Shown: positions 10,801-20,807 of the stretch, piece after piece | Layout of the letters: the number at the start of each line of letters is the position of its first letter | How positions within the stretch are numbered: the stretch's first letter is position 1 | From: Limisphaerales bacterium | GTDB lineage: Bacteria > Verrucomicrobiota > Verrucomicrobiia > Limisphaerales > JAJOIW01 | DNA: 64,000 nt | NCBI GenBank assembly: GCA_965657355.1 | Contig: CBFHOE010000004.1 | Span: forward strand, 111,584-175,583 | Direction: 5' to 3' | Position numbers and translations under genes: made by a program | The notes under the pieces: generated by a model | The model's database searches: none | What the model was told of the DNA's origin: nothing | Seen by the model: the letters and a program-made list of their open reading frames with translations, nothing else

Positions 10801-12100
10801 GGGAGTAGATCTGTATATTGATTATCCTCATGGACTACCTACCAATTTCCACGGTGATGCTTTGAGAATTAAGCAGATACTATACAACTTGGTGGGCAAC
10901 GCTGTGAAATTTACTTCAGACGGGTATATTAAAATAAAAGTTGAATATGACAAAGGTGTTTCAAAACCTCTAAAAATACACATCTCCGACACCGGTATTG
11001 GGATACCGCCGGACCAACTTAACAAAATATTTTCAAAGTTCACTCAAGCAGACACCTCAACGACTAGAAAATATGGTGGAACTGGTTTGGGGCTATCGAT
11101 AACACAGTCTCTAATTGCATTATTCGGTGGGAATTTGGACGTTGAAAGTACCGAAGGAAAAGGGTCAACTTTTAAGGTAGAATTGCCACTTGCTTCTGGT
11201 TTTGACCAGAACGAAAATCATGTCTATCGATTGAATGACAATAAGGAATGCGTTGCCCTCCTGTATGATAATAATCAACAAAGTAGAGAACTATTAAAGA
11301 ATTCCTTGGAAGCCCTCGGTTTCGCTGTGGATACATGTGAATTTGGTTTAGATAAAAGCTATAATAATCGCAAATCTGAGAAACCAACATTAATTGTTTT
11401 TCATTGTATAGAGCATGACGAAGAATACCAAAAGCTAACCCAAACATTGTTGTCTGAAGCCGAGTCCAATTCGTCGACCAGCGTACTTTTTATTCCGGGG
11501 TCACAGGTCGCAGATATTGATTCAAAAGTTCTCGAATTAAGCAACGTCTCTATCTATCCAAAGCCCATAATCAAGTCATCTCTGCTTTTATCACTGTTAA
11601 ATGAATTATTACCAGATGGAATTTTAAGAGTGGAGGAAAATGAGGAATCACCTGCGGATGGAGTTGATACTAAAAAAGATGATGTGACTCAGTCCGAAGC
11701 AAACCAATTATCTGTTCTTGTCGTCGAAGACAATAAAATTAACCAAAAGCTCATGCTTAACTATTTGGGGAAAGTTCATACAAATGCCGAATTGGCTGAA
11801 AATGGTCAATTAGCGGTCGAAATGAGCATGCAAAAATCTTACGACTTGATTTTCATGGATTGCAACATGCCTGTTTTGGATGGCTACCAAGCAGTTGAGC
11901 AAATTCGAAGAAGTTCAGGTCCAAACCAATATACAACAATCGTGGCATTGACTGCTAACGCGATGGCATCAGATTTAGAAAAATGCAAAAAAGTTGGCAT
12001 GGACCACTTTCTAACTAAACCGGTATCTATTTCTGATATAAGGAGCGTCATCAAAAAAGCTCAGTCTCATATGAATGATAATCCACACTCCTCCGTTTAG
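7853..12100 (+). CDS. Hybrid sensor histidine kinase/response regulator with periplasmic beta-propeller and Y_Y_Y-type sensor
   Basis: Signal peptide, propeller-like repeats ([10 protein letters not shown]), a YKYRI segment and a TM helix. H-box [12 protein letters not shown]-box [15 protein letters not shown] and GGTGLGL are intact. A degenerate receiver precedes an intact receiver (VEDN, MDCNMP, TA, KP). Confidence 0.93.
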   Translation: MHLRHLILSLKFTFLGVFGVFMAFTANSFEEGKNFGFDVYGYEQGLQNPLVKWVSETSQGRLWVATDGGVFRYDGQRIIELKDEQDNSMDYAKSVHFDNRPGKNILYISTDSGFCYLNLDNVQDIERAEWKKIDKYTPETGPEIDLAFPKAIFQDSSGQVWFSDNNAIYNFSFESEKLNRFSFDHLDSGVDYFRSFSFVELDDGRLMASSFDGIIFFYDPEKNTFEEIKTSGMIDEVYWILSLGNSQVLIGGKEGVFMATMDESNEQGVVAIYEILKTDSPVVSMIPVYEGERQYLVATRHGGISLISLDSDYRVLSQDAFITPDSFNRHHLLRTSGNFLICSSDRGMEFINLFDIGIETFTNEGNEIDDPSLSDVKIIQVYDDATYSFNGGGVWKLDYLNKKGGSKLLFKISDFKRNRNILSGTVNSSGFWIAGNWGSILHISEKGDLIKEYMSFSEAPFIDLFYTFSDNQNRIWTIGGGYSKILMIDGNRETYEFELSQAPEVFPHVIRQSQDGRIVVGGRYSLEDQNQKKNSAENLLHVFNESSRTFDPLKLSINENISHLEIDDFSFLNEGHKEVVMATRNGVFQTDKELNLFKINLDQGNELNNTRGVIADQSNNTIWVANELEIVKLKRNDDVKSYKTEYFNIPLQFRTGQFSYRSLTIDSTGKIAAGTHSGVAYENFTSIIRPTRKPQFVMEDLIDKSDGSDGPYFKALDNQGFAVEYISFEYPNNNLLYKYRINDSSWRTKRGNKIYIRPGDLPLGSNIIHVIAKQEGNYAWSQVAALNVDIHKPVYKTVVFWILIMIVVVVVPTLIHLWRTKSLKRRNLELENVVTQRTKTITEKNTVLAEQAERISNHLNSIKLTNERLEKTTAEAKFMASKAEQANKAKGDFLAAMSHEIRTPMNGVIGFANLLQETTLNAEQTRYTSYLKQSGESLVAIIEDILDFSKIEAGKLELENKIFNLKEIIDHVADTSYQTSSEKGVDLYIDYPHGLPTNFHGDALRIKQILYNLVGNAVKFTSDGYIKIKVEYDKGVSKPLKIHISDTGIGIPPDQLNKIFSKFTQADTSTTRKYGGTGLGLSITQSLIALFGGNLDVESTEGKGSTFKVELPLASGFDQNENHVYRLNDNKECVALLYDNNQQSRELLKNSLEALGFAVDTCEFGLDKSYNNRKSEKPTLIVFHCIEHDEEYQKLTQTLLSEAESNSSTSVLFIPGSQVADIDSKVLELSNVSIYPKPIIKSSLLLSLLNELLPDGILRVEENEESPADGVDTKKDDVTQSEANQLSVLVVEDNKINQKLMLNYLGKVHTNAELAENGQLAVEMSMQKSYDLIFMDCNMPVLDGYQAVEQIRRSSGPNQYTTIVALTANAMASDLEKCKKVGMDHFLTKPVSISDIRSVIKKAQSHMNDNPHSSV

Positions 12101-12130
12101 TTTGTTGGTGTATTCAATACTGATACCGAT

Positions 12131-13537
12131 TTAAATTGTGGTGGGCTCCATTGGAGGCAGAATTTTCTCTGTCAGCATTTCTCCGTATCCCATGCCAAGT
12201 AAACTTAATGTTGATAGGTCCAAAACTCCATCTATGCGCTTATATATTCTAGGATGAAATTGTGCTTCATAGGCGGAGGCTTCTGGGTAGAATTGCATGC
12301 TATTGGATTCGATTCCCATGATCGTCTGGACATGTGCAGCTAGCTGGCAATGTGTTATTTGAGCGAGCATAGGGTTAGTTAGATCTTGAACCATGAGTGT
12401 CATTCCGTGCTCAATGGCCCAGCAAGCACTCAGTATAGCACCTGTCAGCGTTTTGCACGTTTTTAGCGCCACCCCTGACCACCCTAATTCAAAACCCAAT
12501 CTAACCATTCTCCAGTCATGAGCACTTTCATCAAGAAATAGAGGTTTTCTGGCTGAGACACTTCTAACGTTTAACAAATTCTTTTCTAATTCGTAAGGAA
12601 ATGGCTGCTCTATATATAATATTTTTCCGTAGATGCATGGTTCTTCGGTGGTTAATGTATCCAAAATTTTGTTCACGTATTCGGGGTCCTCCACTGTGCA
12701 ATTAAAGTCAGCGGTCAGCCATGAGACATCGTTATCTATAGCTACCTTTCCCACTCGGACTATTCGTTCATAGTCCCATTCCATATCATCGCCTCGTAGT
12801 TTTATTTTAAGACAATCAAGTTTGTCTGATTTTATCCAATCTTTTAACAAAACAGGATGCCCATCGTCGGGCTCATTACCTGTAAGATCACTTTCTTCTA
12901 ATGGGTCCAAGCCTCCCACTAGGTGCCAAACCTTGAGCAATTTTTTTGGGTTTTGAAGGAGGTAATCGCAAGGATACTTCTTTTTGAAGTTGCTTTTTGG
13001 GGCGAGGGGAGATGGTTCAATAAAATGGGACAAATCCTCAGACATCCAGTCTGAATTGAATGTATCGAAGGTGCTAATATTGAATAATTTACCATAAGCG
13101 TCATGCAAAGCTATGTCGAAAGCTGAAAGGCACACCAAACCGGCCAACCATGGGATTGGTTCGACCTGATTTCGTGCGTTATGGTTAAAACTATCGAGCT
13201 GTTTCTTTAAGAAGTTTTCGGAGAGATAGTATCCCAATTCTAACGCATGGCCTTTATAGCCTACCTTTGGCAACGATCCGGAAATGTTCTTACATAAAAT
13301 TTGGACACTCTCGAGTCGCTCGGAATATGATAATGATGATGGCCAGATCCATTGAATATTCAGAGGCGTTTCTCCCCAGCCAACCGCTTGATTTAAGTCC
13401 CCGTTTTCAATAGTGAGCTTAACACGAGCACAGATGACCGAGGTCAAAGTTTCATTACCAAATTTAAGGGGAACTCTCGTCTGGACAGGCAGAAAATATA
13501 ATTCTGATTTTATTATGGAAACTTTCTTGCTCTGCAT
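12131..13537 (-). CDS. Enolase superfamily protein (mandelate racemase/muconate lactonizing enzyme-like), substrate unknown
   Basis: DIALHDAYGK capping-domain motif, KxK (LKIKL), metal ligands in ADFN, IEQP and LDES, and ALK. Confidence 0.8.
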   Translation of the reverse strand: MQSKKVSIIKSELYFLPVQTRVPLKFGNETLTSVICARVKLTIENGDLNQAVGWGETPLNIQWIWPSSLSYSERLESVQILCKNISGSLPKVGYKGHALELGYYLSENFLKKQLDSFNHNARNQVEPIPWLAGLVCLSAFDIALHDAYGKLFNISTFDTFNSDWMSEDLSHFIEPSPLAPKSNFKKKYPCDYLLQNPKKLLKVWHLVGGLDPLEESDLTGNEPDDGHPVLLKDWIKSDKLDCLKIKLRGDDMEWDYERIVRVGKVAIDNDVSWLTADFNCTVEDPEYVNKILDTLTTEEPCIYGKILYIEQPFPYELEKNLLNVRSVSARKPLFLDESAHDWRMVRLGFELGWSGVALKTCKTLTGAILSACWAIEHGMTLMVQDLTNPMLAQITHCQLAAHVQTIMGIESNSMQFYPEASAYEAQFHPRIYKRIDGVLDLSTLSLLGMGYGEMLTEKILPPMEPTTI

Positions 13538-13769
13538 GATTTAGATTAAAATGCTACCAGGGGGTAGATGTTTAGGAAAGTGGTAACTGGTTGCATTGCG
13601 TTGTCTAACCGTCCAAAAATTAACTATCAATTTCTGTATCTTCTTTTTAGATGTTTTTTTTAAAATTTAAATGAAATTTTGAAGCTAGCGAATCACTACT
13701 GGTGTTTGCTTACACCTACATTATGCATTTCCAAGAAGGGCTTTAAAATGAAACCATAATAAATTTGCA

Positions 13770-15284
13770 TTACTTTTTTTTCTCCAAGGCAGAGCGGGCT
13801 GAGTGAAATAAAAACAAGAAAATTAAGGTGAAAAATCCATTAATAGGTAGAATGAGAAATCCAACCTCCTTGTGATAAGATGAACTAATAAAAGCTGTCG
13901 CCAAAATTGCAACAATGGCAGCTAGGGGGGAAACATAATCAGGTTTCATTTTTTCTGGAAATAAAAACCCAAAAGCAAAAAAACCAAGAAGGGGGCCATA
14001 AGTATAACCAGCTGCTTTGAATATTGAGGATATCACCGCAGGTTCACTGATTTCTTTGAATATGAGGATTACGCCAAGAAGAACGATAGCTATGACTGAC
14101 TGAACTAATAACCGGGTGGAAGAATTATTCGTTTTCTTTTTATCCATCCTCAAAAAATCGATACAAAACGAGGTCGTCAGACCCGTCAGTGCAGAGTCAG
14201 CGCTGGAATAAGCTGCGGCGATCAGACCCAAAATAAAAACAACCCCAATGTAGTCCGGAGAATAATCTAAGGCCAGTCTGGCAAATAGTTTATCTGTTAT
14301 CGTTGGTTCGAATTCCCCAGATTCTGGGTTTTTTATCGATATCGGATTCTCAAGATTATCTTTGTGTATTTCCACCACTCCTGATTTTTCTCCGTATTGA
14401 TATAGAGCACCGCCGAGTGACAGAAACCCAAAGTTAACGATCACTAGGATAACGCAGAAAAGAGCAATATTTTTTTGTGATGCTTTTAGGTTATGACAAG
14501 TTAAATTCTTTTGCATCATGTCCTGATCAAGCCCTGTCATACAAAGAGCTATAAACGCACCTGAAGCGATGTTTTTCAGAAAATGGTTGCCCGCTGACCA
14601 ATCTGTGACCCACCAATTTGAAATGGGGTCATTATGAATTTGGGTAATGAGAGATGGAATTGTTAGATTCATGGTCTTTGCAAGCCAAAGAAAAGCCGCT
14701 AACCCAGCCATAAGCATGAACGTAGTTTGAACCAAGTCCGTCCATATGACTGTCTTTATCCCACCTCTGAACGTATACAAAAAAATTAACAATATGGTAA
14801 TTGAAACGATCAACCAGAATGGTATGGCTTTTAGCCCAAATGATTGGGTTAGAATTTGGAAGACAATGGCCACTAAATACAAACGAAAACCTGCTCCAAC
14901 GGTCCTTGAGATAAGGAAAAAAACAGCCCCTGTTTTGTGAGTGATCGGGCCGAATCTATCACCCAGGTATTGGTAGATACTCGTTACATTTTTTTTATAA
15001 TAGGTTGGTAATAACCATAATGAAATTAAGGCATACCCCATGAGGTATCCCAAAACTGTCTGCATGTAACTGAAATTTGAAATAGCAACCCATCCCGGGA
15101 TAGATAAAAATGTAACCCCACTCAAGCTAGTTCCAACCATACCGTAAGCGACCACCGGCCAAGGAGCTGATTTGTTTGCATTAAACCATGATGAACTATC
15201 TTTTTTGTCGCTGGTCAGATGAGAAATACCAATGAGCATAATGAAATAGCTCATTAAAATAACTAAGAAAATCCAGATGTTCAT
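13770..15284 (-). CDS. Sodium:solute symporter (SSS family)
   Basis: About 13 TM helices. Motifs SIYQYLGDRFG, YTFRGGIKTVIWTDLVQ, GLDQDMMQK and AAAYSSADS. Confidence 0.92.
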   Translation of the reverse strand: MNIWIFLVILMSYFIMLIGISHLTSDKKDSSSWFNANKSAPWPVVAYGMVGTSLSGVTFLSIPGWVAISNFSYMQTVLGYLMGYALISLWLLPTYYKKNVTSIYQYLGDRFGPITHKTGAVFFLISRTVGAGFRLYLVAIVFQILTQSFGLKAIPFWLIVSITILLIFLYTFRGGIKTVIWTDLVQTTFMLMAGLAAFLWLAKTMNLTIPSLITQIHNDPISNWWVTDWSAGNHFLKNIASGAFIALCMTGLDQDMMQKNLTCHNLKASQKNIALFCVILVIVNFGFLSLGGALYQYGEKSGVVEIHKDNLENPISIKNPESGEFEPTITDKLFARLALDYSPDYIGVVFILGLIAAAYSSADSALTGLTTSFCIDFLRMDKKKTNNSSTRLLVQSVIAIVLLGVILIFKEISEPAVISSIFKAAGYTYGPLLGFFAFGFLFPEKMKPDYVSPLAAIVAILATAFISSSYHKEVGFLILPINGFFTLIFLFLFHSARSALEKKK

Positions 15285-15310
15285 TTCACAAAATAGGTAA
15301 TCTTTTCAAT

Positions 15311-16723
15311 TCAGATTTCAAATTCACCATTTGAGTATTCACCAGGACTTAATAAAGCTGGGCACACGGAATTATCTCTGGAATGAATGGTGACGACTCC
15401 AGACATTTTGGATGATTCGTCCATCTTCACGGGGCCAGTCACCTGAAAGGTTTCGCAGTCGATGAGCGAGGGGGGAGAGCCTGGAATCAGTCGGTCAAAA
15501 TCATCCACTTTTTTGTAAAATCTCTCATCAAGTTTAATTTCAGGTGGTATACCATTTCTTTGTGGAGCCAATTTTAATGTGTAATCGGAACTAACTTGGT
15601 AAGCATCTGACTTAATGGATAAAAGGTCATTTGTTGTTTTAACTGGCGCAAATCTGCTTCGAGGCACTAGGAGAGCGTTCGACTTATCAAAGCATTCAAT
15701 TGCTGCTCCCATTGCTGATTCCAATTGATACACTGCCTCGCTGCTCGCCTCTTTGGGGTTTATTGTTTTATGATTTCTGATTAGGGGTAATTCCAGAAAT
15801 CCTCCATTTTTTTCTAATGCCTCTTTTAGGTCGGGCAAGAAGATCCAGACAGAGTTGGTATTAAAATACTTATATTTCTCAATATTTTGGAATGAATCAG
15901 ATTCTTCCGGTGGACATTGTGCCTTTTCTCTCAGAATCAATCTGCCATCCTTTCTTTTTGCTAAGTGCCCGCCTTTTTTATCAGAAGAGGTTCGGGAGGC
16001 TACCTCCATGAGAAATGAAAGGCCCGAGTCAGCGAAGTACCCAAGAATATCTAAATCTACAGTGGCTCCGAGATTATCTGAGTTCGAGACAAATAAGTAG
16101 CGGATTCCCTGAGTGAGTAATTCATCGATAATGCCTGATGCTACCATTGATGGATAAATATCTCCATGGCCGGGGGGACACCATTCCAATTCCCTGTTTT
16201 GACGGTATTCAGCCGGTGTGAGTGTTTCAGCACTTATTTTCGGTACTTTGTTCTGCAGAAAGTCTAATTGACCAGCATTTTTAAGTTCTGGATATTTATT
16301 GAGATACCTTAATGAATCTTCCTGGGTGGAGAAGCTGTTCATTAATAAAAATCTGGGGAATTTGGTTCTTGAGACTTGCCTGAGATGAAGGATTTGCCTA
16401 GCTATAAAATCAAGGAAACAATCGTGACCTTTAATTGGAAGGAGAGATTTTGCCTTATCTAATCCCATGCCTGTGCCGAGCCCTCCATTTAGTTTTATGA
16501 CGGCAAGGCTTTCCAAAGGGGCTTTGGAAGAATACCCCTCGACAGATATAGACTCAAGACTAGGGATTTCAATATTTCCTGATATATCAGTATCGCTTAT
16601 TAACCCTGTGACACCATTTTGAACTTTTTTAACCGAGTTAATAAAGGATTCAATTATGGGGCCGTTACAGCCCTCATTTACCATTTTATCTCTGATTAAG
16701 TCCTGTGGTTTTTGCGGAGTCAT
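15311..16723 (-). CDS. UTP--glucose-1-phosphate uridylyltransferase, eukaryote-type UDPGP family
   Basis: [47 protein letters not shown] and RFAPVK. Confidence 0.92.
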   Translation of the reverse strand: MTPQKPQDLIRDKMVNEGCNGPIIESFINSVKKVQNGVTGLISDTDISGNIEIPSLESISVEGYSSKAPLESLAVIKLNGGLGTGMGLDKAKSLLPIKGHDCFLDFIARQILHLRQVSRTKFPRFLLMNSFSTQEDSLRYLNKYPELKNAGQLDFLQNKVPKISAETLTPAEYRQNRELEWCPPGHGDIYPSMVASGIIDELLTQGIRYLFVSNSDNLGATVDLDILGYFADSGLSFLMEVASRTSSDKKGGHLAKRKDGRLILREKAQCPPEESDSFQNIEKYKYFNTNSVWIFLPDLKEALEKNGGFLELPLIRNHKTINPKEASSEAVYQLESAMGAAIECFDKSNALLVPRSRFAPVKTTNDLLSIKSDAYQVSSDYTLKLAPQRNGIPPEIKLDERFYKKVDDFDRLIPGSPPSLIDCETFQVTGPVKMDESSKMSGVVTIHSRDNSVCPALLSPGEYSNGEFEI

Positions 16724-17817
16724 TTATCTAATTTTTGTAAATAGTCTGATTTTAATTGATCGAGTTGGGCGCGACGATCGTCGAATAGTCTTTTCGGGTT
16801 CCTTGCATCTGCTTTTGAAAGAAGATAGGCAGTTATCAACGGCAGCGCAATCGTGGAATCTGAGTAGCAAACAACACAATCCGGAAGTGTGTCCGGGGAA
16901 ACTTTACCCCAGCTAACGGCTTCTGAAGGGGTTGCACCGCTGAGGCCTCCGCTATCTGGTCTTGCATCAGTGATTTGTACGAAATAGTCATGGCCATCTT
17001 CCTCAAGTCCCATGACTTCTTGGATTTGTGGTTCGGTTTGAAGGATGAAATTTTTTGGTGATCCGCCGCCTAATATGACGACAGAAGATTTTTTACTATT
17101 CTTTTTTGCGTGATAAACGATGGAAGCTGTTTGGTTGACATCTAGGTTTGGATCTATGGTTAACTTCGAATTTTGAAGAGACATGGCTGCTAGGTTCATA
17201 CCTATAGATGAATCTCCCGGGCTACTCGTAAATATCGGGATGCCAAGTTTGTATGCAGCGCACAAAACAGATTCATCCTCGACTCCTAAAATCTCACTTC
17301 GTTTAAAGAGGCATTCACCCAAGAGATAGTGAAATTCATCAGATCCCATACTTTTTTGAAAAGCTGGAGCTTGAATGACCTCTCTGACAAAAGCATCCGT
17401 ATTCAGCAAGACGTCATAGTCAAAAAGAATATCATAAATTCTGACAACATTGTCGCCTCTCAGTTTTATATCATCCAAAAAAGGTGACCCTTCATGAAGG
17501 CTCATTTTTAATCCAAAATGAATGTCGTGGTAAAGATTTGCGCCGGTGGATACCAGCCAATCGCAGAATCCCGCCTCCATCAATGGCACGAGACATGATT
17601 TGCCTAAGCCTGCTGGAGTAAGAGCTCCTGTCAGGCTCCACCCAATCAAACCATCATTATTCAGCATTTTTTGAGCGATCAGTTGGGACGCTTCTTTTAG
17701 GCGGGCACCATTATATGCTGAAAAGACATTATCAATAAGGTCGGGTACCGGCATGTTAGCGGTAACTTTATTCGGTCTCAGTCTCGAATAAGAAGATAAG
17801 GGATCAATATCTTTCAC
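16720..17817 (-). CDS. Deoxyhypusine synthase-like protein (probable homospermidine/polyamine biosynthesis)
   Basis: [22 protein letters not shown] and [16 protein letters not shown] (catalytic Lys). Stop overlaps the next start (ATGA). Confidence 0.9.
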   Translation of the reverse strand: MKDIDPLSSYSRLRPNKVTANMPVPDLIDNVFSAYNGARLKEASQLIAQKMLNNDGLIGWSLTGALTPAGLGKSCLVPLMEAGFCDWLVSTGANLYHDIHFGLKMSLHEGSPFLDDIKLRGDNVVRIYDILFDYDVLLNTDAFVREVIQAPAFQKSMGSDEFHYLLGECLFKRSEILGVEDESVLCAAYKLGIPIFTSSPGDSSIGMNLAAMSLQNSKLTIDPNLDVNQTASIVYHAKKNSKKSSVVILGGGSPKNFILQTEPQIQEVMGLEEDGHDYFVQITDARPDSGGLSGATPSEAVSWGKVSPDTLPDCVVCYSDSTIALPLITAYLLSKADARNPKRLFDDRRAQLDQLKSDYLQKLDK

Positions 17818-17881
17818 AATTTTTCATACTAGGCAGTGCCTTGATTGGAAACAAGGCGATGATTTCAGAATTTTACCTGAC

Positions 17882-19102
17882 TTGACCAATGGGAATAATT
17901 ACGCCATGAATTGTCCCCACAAGATGGAAGAATCATATTCCAAAGAATTTTCAAATAGTTCTGATAAAAACCCTGGTTTTGAAACACTAGCAATTCATTC
18001 AGGGAATTCATATAATTCAGAGACTGGGAGTGTCATCCCTCCCGTTTATATGACATCGACCTTTGCCTACGGGAATCCGGGTGGATTTGATTATACGCGG
18101 AGTGGGAATCCCAATTTCAGAAATTTAGATCATGCTTTGGCCAACCTTGAGGGCGCTAAGCACGCGACCGTATTTGCCAGCGGTGTTTCAGCTATTACTG
18201 CATTGGTATCATCTTTAAAGTCGGGCGACGTTGTCTGCGCTGAAGAGAACATATACGGCTGCACTTTTAGGCTTTTCGCTCAAGTTTTCCACAAATTCGG
18301 TATCTCGGTCGAATATGTTGATTTTGCCTCAGATGAAACGTTTGAAAAATTTCAAAATAAACCGGCGACTTTATTTTGGATTGAATCTCCTACAAACCCA
18401 AACTTAAAAGTGATTGATATTGAGCGGGTCTCCAATTTGGCCCATTCTTGCGGTGCTCCGTTGGTTGTTGATAATACTTTTGCTTCTAGCTATCTCCAAA
18501 AACCTCTCTCTCTTGGCGCAGACATTTCTCTGCTGAGCACAACCAAATACACCAATGGGCATTCCGACGCCCTTGGTGGCGTCGTCTGCACAAATGATCC
18601 GGAATGGCAGGCAAAAATGGTTTTTGCACAAAAGGCATTAGGTCTCCAACCGTCCCCAATGGATTCCTGGCTGATACAGCGTGGATTAAAAACTGAAGCG
18701 TTAAGAATGGAGAAACATTGTCATAATGCACATGAGGTTGCAGAATTTTTAGAATCTTCTCCAAAAATAAAAATGGTCAGGTATCCATTTCTCCCATCGC
18801 ACCCGCAATATCAGATTGCCAAAAAGCAAATGAGGGGTGGGTCAGGGATTGTGACGGCAGATTTTGACATGGGGGTCGATGAAACATTGGAAAGGCTCAG
18901 GTCTTTGAAATATTTTACTCTGGCCGAAAGCTTGGGTGGTATCGAGTCGCTCATTTGTCATCCCGCTTCAATGACCCATGCTTCAATTCCACGGGAGACT
19001 AGGTTAAAGGTCGGAATTACAGATTCGCTGGTCAGATTTTCAGTCGGTATTGAGAAAGCGAATGACCTCATTGAAGATATAGCTTTGGCATTTCAGTTAT
19101 AA
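17882..19102 (+). CDS. Cys/Met metabolism PLP enzyme (cystathionine gamma-synthase / beta- or gamma-lyase family)
   Basis: YTRSGNP, ESPTNP, DNTFAS, STTKY (PLP Lys) and AESLGGIESL. True start may be the ATG at 17906 or 17924. Confidence 0.9.
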   Translation: MTNGNNYAMNCPHKMEESYSKEFSNSSDKNPGFETLAIHSGNSYNSETGSVIPPVYMTSTFAYGNPGGFDYTRSGNPNFRNLDHALANLEGAKHATVFASGVSAITALVSSLKSGDVVCAEENIYGCTFRLFAQVFHKFGISVEYVDFASDETFEKFQNKPATLFWIESPTNPNLKVIDIERVSNLAHSCGAPLVVDNTFASSYLQKPLSLGADISLLSTTKYTNGHSDALGGVVCTNDPEWQAKMVFAQKALGLQPSPMDSWLIQRGLKTEALRMEKHCHNAHEVAEFLESSPKIKMVRYPFLPSHPQYQIAKKQMRGGSGIVTADFDMGVDETLERLRSLKYFTLAESLGGIESLICHPASMTHASIPRETRLKVGITDSLVRFSVGIEKANDLIEDIALAFQL

Positions 19103-19105
19103 ACG

Positions 19106-20617
19106 ATGGATATTACTAAAACTCTCTGGAGACCAGAGGACTTGGGTAAGCCCATTGGTGGCTCCCAACATGCCATTTCGGCATGTCTGCCCACCTGGGC
19201 AGATGTCGTTGGATACGAGGAAGGAGAAAACAGGGTCATTGGGGCATTACAATGCGGTTATCCCAGGTTTTTTATTCACCCTGCTGTTGAAACTTTGATC
19301 CAGTTTTTACTAAAAGAAAAGAATCTAGTTAACCAGTGTGGTCTCATATTTCATTCAAGCAAAGCGGCTGAAAGGGCTCTTGGCTACTTGAATGATATTT
19401 CAAATCAAAAATCCAATGTTTATAAATTTTCTCGACCTTCGGTAAACTGTTTTTTGGTAACCGTCCCAAAAATATTTGAAAAGCAGGCCAGATTTTATTG
19501 GAGACTATCAGGCGAAGGCGTAAGTAGCCGTTTAGCTGATTATTTTTTGAAGTCTTTGCAACTACAGAATGTTCCAACTTCTTCTATAGATACCAGTAAG
19601 ACCATTGATGCAATAAAAGAAAAGCTAGGAGTTGCCTACAATATCCCAAATGAAGACATTTATCTTTTTCCTAGCGGAATGGCTGCCATTTTTAATTTGC
19701 ACGAATCCATCCGTCGTTTAAAGCCCAACCATCAGCAAGTCCAAATTGGATTTCCGTACGTCGATACCTGGAAAACACTCCAGACATTTGGGTCATCTCA
19801 ATCGATCGAAATTTCCATGGACTCGCAAAGGGTTAAGGATTTTTTGCAAAAGGAATTTCAGCGAAAACCCATTTCTTCAATATACTGCGAGTGCCCTTCG
19901 AATCCTTTACTTGAAACGCCTGACCCCGAGTTACTTAGTGAAATTTCGCAGCAAATGAATAGCTTTTTAATTATAGATGATACTATTGCATCCTCTATCA
20001 ATATCGACCCGAGTCCATACGCCGATGTTATTACGACCAGCCTGAGCAAATGGTTCAATGGATTTGGAGATCTGCTGGCAGGTTCTTTGATGCTCAACCC
20101 TAAAGGAAAAAACTACAATATCCTCAAAAAAGCGTTGGATTCTCATTATTCATTGGATGTTTTTTGGCAGGATCTTGAAATTCTCAACAACCATTCCAAT
20201 GATTATGCAATCAGGGTTAAAGAGGCAGGAAAAAATGCCGACCACCTGGTTGAATGGCTCAATGCCTCACCGTATACGGAAAAAGTTTTTTACTGCTCCA
20301 AGGAAAAAGACCCAAATTACGCAAAAATCGCCAGACCAAATTCAGTAAATCCCGCCCTAATCTCGGTTGTCTTTGATGAAAAATTGGTAGATCCGAAATT
20401 AATGTATGATCATTTAGAAATTTCCAAAGGCCCGAGCCTAGGCACGAGTTGGAGTTTAGTTTGCCCATACACCATTCTCGCCCATTATGATGAATTAGAG
20501 CGGGTCGAGCAATATGGAGTTGCTCAAAACCTGATTCGCATATCCTGTGGAGCTGAAAAGGAAGGCGAAATTATCAGGAAATTTGATTCTGCCATAAATA
20601 AAGCTCTCAGACGCTAA
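19106..20617 (+). CDS. Cys/Met metabolism PLP enzyme, long form (fungal Str2-like cystathionine gamma-synthase type)
   Basis: N-terminal HAISACLPTW..VGYEEG..GYPRFFIHP extension. FPSGMAA, ECPSNPLL, DDTI, SLSKW (PLP Lys) and KGPSLGT. Confidence 0.82.
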   Translation: MDITKTLWRPEDLGKPIGGSQHAISACLPTWADVVGYEEGENRVIGALQCGYPRFFIHPAVETLIQFLLKEKNLVNQCGLIFHSSKAAERALGYLNDISNQKSNVYKFSRPSVNCFLVTVPKIFEKQARFYWRLSGEGVSSRLADYFLKSLQLQNVPTSSIDTSKTIDAIKEKLGVAYNIPNEDIYLFPSGMAAIFNLHESIRRLKPNHQQVQIGFPYVDTWKTLQTFGSSQSIEISMDSQRVKDFLQKEFQRKPISSIYCECPSNPLLETPDPELLSEISQQMNSFLIIDDTIASSINIDPSPYADVITTSLSKWFNGFGDLLAGSLMLNPKGKNYNILKKALDSHYSLDVFWQDLEILNNHSNDYAIRVKEAGKNADHLVEWLNASPYTEKVFYCSKEKDPNYAKIARPNSVNPALISVVFDEKLVDPKLMYDHLEISKGPSLGTSWSLVCPYTILAHYDELERVEQYGVAQNLIRISCGAEKEGEIIRKFDSAINKALRR

Positions 20618-20807
20618 AAGCGCGATCCAACCACTTAAATAACCAAATTTCTGAATAAAATCGCTTTTCTCCTGAAATTATCTTCCCCATGATCAGATTT
20701 TTTTAAACTAAATATCGTCTTTTGTTTGCAATAGGGGAAAACTGGTTTTTAATTGGAGGCTCATTCTTAATGCTGGCATTAGTGCTATTTGAGCCAAGTT
20801 TATCAAT

